In this document: one piece after another, positions 59,101 through 64,000 of the stretch
How positions within the stretch are numbered: the first letter of the stretch is position 1
Layout: every line of letters starts with the position of its first letter
Source of the DNA: Vitrella brassicaformis CCMP3155
Lineage: Eukaryota > Protista > Chromerida
Direction of reading: 5' to 3'
Length of the DNA stretch: 64,000 nt
Assembly: GCA_001179505.1 (NCBI GenBank)
Contig: CDMY01000859.1
Location: forward strand, 124,001 to 188,000
The notes under the pieces: generated by a model
Told to the model about the DNA's origin: nothing
Databases searched by the model: none
What the model saw: only the letters and a program-made list of their open reading frames with translations
Made by a program: the position numbers and the translations under genes

Positions 59101-59400
59101 CCATGGTGGAGGTGGTGGACTGGAAGGAGAGCCAGAGGCTGTTCACTTTGGGAGGGAGACATGGTGCCAACCTTCAGGTGACAGACAACTGAGCCCTTAC
59201 ATCCATAAATAAATGGATCCATACGTGTCGACTGTGGGTTGTGAGTGGCCATGTTATGTTGGTGGCTGCAGATTGTCTATTTGCTGGAGGATGCGAGGTG
59301 GCAGGTGGTGGAGGTGCCCCGTGTGTGCCTCAAGGCGCAGTCAGACTGGTCATTCAATACCTGGATGCAACACCTGCACACAGTACAGACCAACGACTGA
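56198..59400 (+). pseudogene. Ankyrin repeat - Sec7 - PH (ArfGEF-like) gene, intact splicing except one in-frame TAG at 56614-56616
   Basis: Start MGLAFSSWFSCG. ANK: GANPNVCDSKGSSCLHAAA, GGRVG*MDAAGWTPLHVA, QTPIDLC. Sec7: FCNVNPGVGLAFLV...PVELAQFF, SPEALGHFLGE, VLPAFQ|ALDRIIHALAHVWW, SIDGLCQLLFNCVML, NAGMDDGDAIPLATQQRLYHDI. PH-like: GGLLFMS...VPDAFVHL...FNTWMQHL. Stop TGA 59398-59400. Confidence 0.75.
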
Positions 59401-60139
59401 CCGATTGACTGTGCATTGTATGTACATCGGCGTTCTCGCGCATGATTGTTGCCCAGATGTGATGACTTTTGACGTGTTTGTCAACATCTGTGCCTTCAGA
59501 GAATATGTTTGTGTCATGTGCGCACATGACTGACGGTACACACGCTACGCACCATCGAAGTCATCGATTCATGTCTATCTAAAGTAGCTGCCACTACCAC
59601 TACACAACGGCCGCACTGACCAACTGGTGGACGCACTGTCGGCTCGCCCTATCTACAGCAGTGATGTCCACAACTCAGTGGCTCCATCCATCCATCCACA
59701 CAGACAAACGACACCACACACACACACACACACAGTCCATCCATCCATCCATTGCTAATAATCCATACAGCACCCTTACACGTGCCATATGGCCTGCCTT
59801 ACCGGTGTCGGATGCCGGCTGGTGGCCCGCCTCTCCGACAGCAGGCTGTGCGCGTGTGGATGGGAAGCACTGAGTGATCCTCGGCTGGTGGGCATCTAAT
59901 GGAGGCGGCACGACCGTTACGATGGCCTCGCCGCCGACCGCAGCTGGCTCCTCAACCAATCCTGCCGCTGGACAGCAAACGCATCACACACACACAACAA
60001 ATGCAGCACGCGTGTCCATTTGTCTAGCGTCTGCTGCTGGAACATCGTACCACCACTGCCGCCACGGGCAGCAGCACTTGATGGCGATGGCGTCAGGGAC
60101 GGGAAGTAGTCACGAATTGAAGGCTGCCCACCCGACACA

Positions 60140-62531
60140 CTACAGACGGGAATACAACACAGCACAACAAAACAATCTATCGCAGGTGGGTGTCGCCCGT
60201 TCTCCATCTGCTTTGCCCCCTTTCACGCACCTGGTCGGTTGGCGCTTGACGAACTCCATATTGACTTTCGTGTTCTCAAACCATTTGCCGCTGGTGGGCA
60301 ACTTGACATTGACGTGGAAATCGTAGCCGGTCGGCGCGCGACTTGTGGGTCGCACCTCGGTGATGGTGTGCGGGAGGAGGCTCGGATGGTTGTAGCCCTC
60401 GGATGCATATACGCCAGGTGGGTCCTCAAAGTGGTCAAAGTGGAGCATCTGGTCCACTGGAGATGGATCGCTCTGAACGAATGGATACAGACGTGAGGGC
60501 AGGGCATCACGACCGACCTCATGAGGGCACCTTGCATACCTCCGGAGGCGGGAAGAGGTTGAAGGTAGAAGAGAGGGTAGTGGAGAAGGCTTTAAGGTAG
60601 TTGTGCAAACGACACTGCAGGTCCCGCACTTCCTGCGGCTGCAGCTCCTCAATAAGGAACGATAGATCTGCCACGCTCACTTGCAGTTCGTCTACCGTGA
60701 CCTCACCCACATGCGGGTAGCGCCGCCTCCTCTCCCTCTGTGGCGGCAGCAGGCCACTCTGCACCATCCTCATCACGGGCCCCACCAGCTGCCGCTCTCC
60801 CGCGGAGTCGTAGCCCATACTGTCCAGGTGTAGCTGGGGCAGGGTCCTCTTCTCGTCATGCTGGCTGGTGCCGCATGGGTACCACGCCAGGATCTCTGGG
60901 AGCAGCCACACGGCCACCCAAGTCATGGCCAGCTTCTTGCACGAGGGGAGGGCCCGGAGGGTGCGGGTCAGGTTGTTGGGAGAGGGAGGGGGGCTGCATG
61001 TCCTCCAATCGGTGGTGTTGTCGCCGAGGCGATACAGGGTGACAGCTGACAAGCACAGCATACATTCAAGGATCGTTGATGTCGGCTTATGTGGTGTGTT
61101 GCTCACTTTCGACGTTGGGCAGCGCGCCGTCGTTGGCGAGGCAGGCAGGGATGGACTCAAAGGTGATGTCATCGGCCTCTCCATCACACGGTGACTGGTC
61201 GATCTCCAGATCCTTGGCGTCGCTGAACTCCAGCCCCTGCAGACTCTCGTGCTGTGCGAGCAGCGACGTCCCGTCCTTGGCGATCATCAACCTCAGCCGG
61301 TCCCCGCCCCGCACATGGCGCGCCAGGAAGGAAGCGATCTCGTCAATCGGCTTGGCCGGCCGTCTCGGCGTGCCGTTTTTCTCCTTCTTGTTGATGTTGT
61401 CGAGGCTCTCCGTGCAGTTGATGCAGGTGATGCCGCCACTCCTTGTCACGGTCCAGCCGTTCTCTCGGCGAAGGAGAGGAGGCGTAGTGGCCGGGGACTC
61501 CTCACGCTGTTTGTGGGGCTCGCCAGGACGGTGGGCAGGCTGAGGTCGATCAGGATGGGCGTTTCGACCACCATGGTGCGCTCCACTCGGTCGTCCCCGT
61601 GCCGCTGCTTGATGTCTTTGATGAAGGAGACCACGTCCTCAGACGCATCCCACCCCGTCTCCGGCCAGCTGTGGTGCCAGTCGTTCAATCCCAATGGCCC
61701 GTCCCAGTTGTCGAGGTCTAAGTGAATGTTGCCGACATAGGTCAGGTTGAGACCCTCCAACTCCCCCAGCATGCTTGGCCACAGGGTATCGACGTCCACG
61801 TGCTGGAGCGTGGGATGGCGGCTGCAGAATGACGAGAATGTCGCATCCAGGTTGCGGCGGGGGAAGGTGAGTGGTCTCGCCGTGAGGAAGGTCATCTTGG
61901 GGCACCACAACTCGAGGCTCTCGAAGATCGAGAAGGCCGCCACGCTGTTGACGTTGAGGGCCTCCAGTCGTGGCATTGCCTTGTCGTTCGACGGCCCCTC
62001 GCCCGGCCTGTCGACGGGCAGCCGGGCCGTCTCCTCGCCAGTCCGATGCCGTTTGTCGATCTTGTGCGTGACGTCCACGATGAAGAGCTCCTTCAGCACG
62101 GCCGCACGAAGGCTCAGCCGACGCCGACAGAATGCCGCCAGCTGCCGCAACACGTCCTTGGCGACCTTGTCCATCTCTCTTGGCAGGAGGACGACAGCCT
62201 GGCTCACCAGATCACGGTGGCCCTGCACCACGCTGCCATGGTCTGGATTGGCGAAGTTGACGATGGTGATGAAGGTGTAGATGGCATTGTAGAGGGCGTG
62301 GCAGAGAGCGGCCATCCGCCATGTATCCTTCATGGCGAGCATGTCGATGAGGTGCCAGAAGAGGCCCGGCACACATGCGAGCCGTTGAATGAGGAGGAAT
62401 GGGGACGGGCTGGGAGGGGCGGGAGGTGGCGGGGTGGGCTTCTGGCTCGTAAGCTGGCCATCAACGACACCGCCAGCATCTGAAAGAGCCACAAATGAAT
62501 GCGTCAGTGAGACAAATGCATCATGGACCAC
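60140..62531 (-). CDS. Lineage-specific hypothetical protein with F-box-like helix and LRR-like region
   Basis: 361-aa ORF with LLIQRLACVPGLFWHLIDML..KDTWRMAALCHAL (F-box-like) and RLEALNV...CPKMTFL...HPTLQHV (LRR-like). Further coding blocks at 61087-61449, 60519-61065 and 60140-60480. It may be the 3' part of the gene continuing from 62697-64000. Confidence 0.5.
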
Positions 62532-62696
62532 GAGCCCTTCTCTCCCGGCTCACCATCAGCTGCGGTATTGGTCTCCACTTGACTTTTCTCGAGTCTGCCG
62601 TTGAGCCCATGCGAAGCTACACGCAACTCCACGCCCTGCCAAGAAAGCCAACGATAACAAATCAACAACAGATGATCGACTCACGAAGCATGTGTG

Positions 62697-64000
62697 TCAA
62701 GTGTCAAGTACCTGTTGTGGATGCTGCTGCAGGTAATCAGCCAGGTGATGAAAGGCCGACACGACGACATCCATCTCGTATCCGCTACGATGGCTGCTGA
62801 AGGCACCACTGACATCGGACGGCACTCGCCCCAGGTCAAGTGCTTGTGCGATGCTGTTGAGGTCGGGCGGGGAATCGAAGGGACACACTGGCGGAGGGTG
62901 CGACCGTTTGCCGTGGTAGAAGGCGGCCAGCGCCTTGAGTGCATCGACGTACGAGGAAACTGCAAACACGACACGAATGACAGCACACGCGAGGATGTTG
63001 CCAGATGGGGCGCATCCATGTGTGGGTGCGGTGCGCACTTTGTTGATTTGCGTCGTCCGTGGTGGTGAGGGCCTGACTGGCCGGCGTGATGGTGTTGATC
63101 AGATCTGCCAGCGCCTTGCAGTTGATGTCACGCCCGGTGAACACACTTGGACGTATCTCACCGCACTGATGATAAGAAACAGGGAGCAGGAGTCGGTTAC
63201 TTTGTGTCGTATGTGATGTATTCATCGCTCCCTCTTACCCGGTCGTGGAGATGGCTGAAATACGCCCTGGTGATTGCATCGAGCTTTTTGCCAACGCCCA
63301 TGTCTTGCGGACCACCAATGGGTGATGCTACGACCTTTGAGGTGGCCCACGCCCAGATGATGCAGAGGTCCCGAACGCACTGGCCGATGTCAAACCTGCT
63401 CTGATCCACACCGAGCGAACTCACCTGAGTGACAAACAGAGGCAATGTTATGGTCCTGGTGCTGCTGCCCTCATACCGTGCTCACCTGTGCCTGTACGTG
63501 GTCGTAGAGGGCATCTCGCAGCCGGTTGATGTGGACTACTTCCAAGGCACCGCTGGCCTGACAAGATGGAAATCAGGAAGAACGGCATCTTTTCTGCCTG
63601 CGTGAGTCTGTGTGCGTGTACATTACATGTGTTGTGTGTACCTGCTGCAGTGTCCGAAGAATATATATATGTGCCGCTGTTGGTCTTACTGCGCGAGCCA
63701 GGCTGAGCAGCATGGCGTCGCTGCCAACGCCACACGCCCAATACACGCGACACACATGCCTGGCCGCCACACACAATAAGCCACGTCAATTGCACCCTCA
63801 CTCCGACGTTCTCGGTTGCTTACTGGTTGTTGTACTTCTGCTGTCGTCGTAAGAATCTGACGATGGCTGCGTTGATGTCCTCAGGTGACGGACACGGCAG
63901 GAGCAGCACCACCAGGTCCGGACACCGACGCGCCAACGCGAGTGCGTAACTCCTGCACATCGACATGCACCCACAGGTCAGGTTTGCCGGCCAGGGAGAT
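62697..64000 (-). CDS. Hypothetical multi-exon protein, truncated by the window edge
   Basis: Exons SYALALASRCPDLVVLLLPCPSPEDINAAIVRF, VDQSRFDIGQCVRDLCIIWAW...AYFSHLHDR, CGEIRPSVFTGRDINCKALADLI and YVDALKALAAFYHG are separated by GT-AG introns. Confidence 0.5.

Noticed and set aside
1-64000. tRNA, rRNA or telomeric arrays
   Set aside because: No cloverleaf with T-loop/D-loop consensus, rRNA signature or telomere repeat tract was recognised by eye. tRNAscan-SE/Infernal would be needed to exclude them fully.

Overview
GC-rich, intron-dense eukaryotic DNA. Introns are short (about 50-120 nt) and packed with (GATG)n, (CAGA)n and (CA)n microsatellites. Gene content includes plastid/thylakoid-targeted proteins with signal peptides and apicomplexan-like mitochondrial and ArfGEF proteins. 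This suggests a photosynthetic alveolate, most like the chromerid Vitrella (inference, not verified). I assembled about 19 multi-exon genes by hand from ORF fragments and GT(GC)-AG junctions. In order: 2H cyclic phosphodiesterase; dimethylglycine dehydrogenase; an orphan gene; PTS2-bearing HIU hydrolase; fused NirB-NirD nitrite reductase; an NLR-like SAM/pseudo-CHAT/NB-ARC/TPR protein; a DUF1399-UBA-F-box-like-Cys-rich-Hint(Vint) protein; a J-domain protein; a 300-N gap; a PKD2 channel; a C-type lectin receptor; a GDT1/TMEM165 transporter; a lineage-specific cassette with a templated junction; a TL29-like pseudo-peroxidase; a secreted orphan; a thioredoxin/YyaL(SPATA20)-CcdA fusion; an NDUFA4-like complex IV subunit; a photolyase-like/alpha-beta hydrolase fusion; an ANK-Sec7-PH gene with one in-frame TAG; and F-box/LRR-like orphans. 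The strongest novelty candidates are the tandem NLR-like and self-cleaving Hint genes (15.2-24.0 kb) and the Trx-YyaL-CcdA fusion (47-50.8 kb). No rRNA, tRNA, CRISPR array or recognisable transposase/RT gene was seen. All exon structures are manual predictions.
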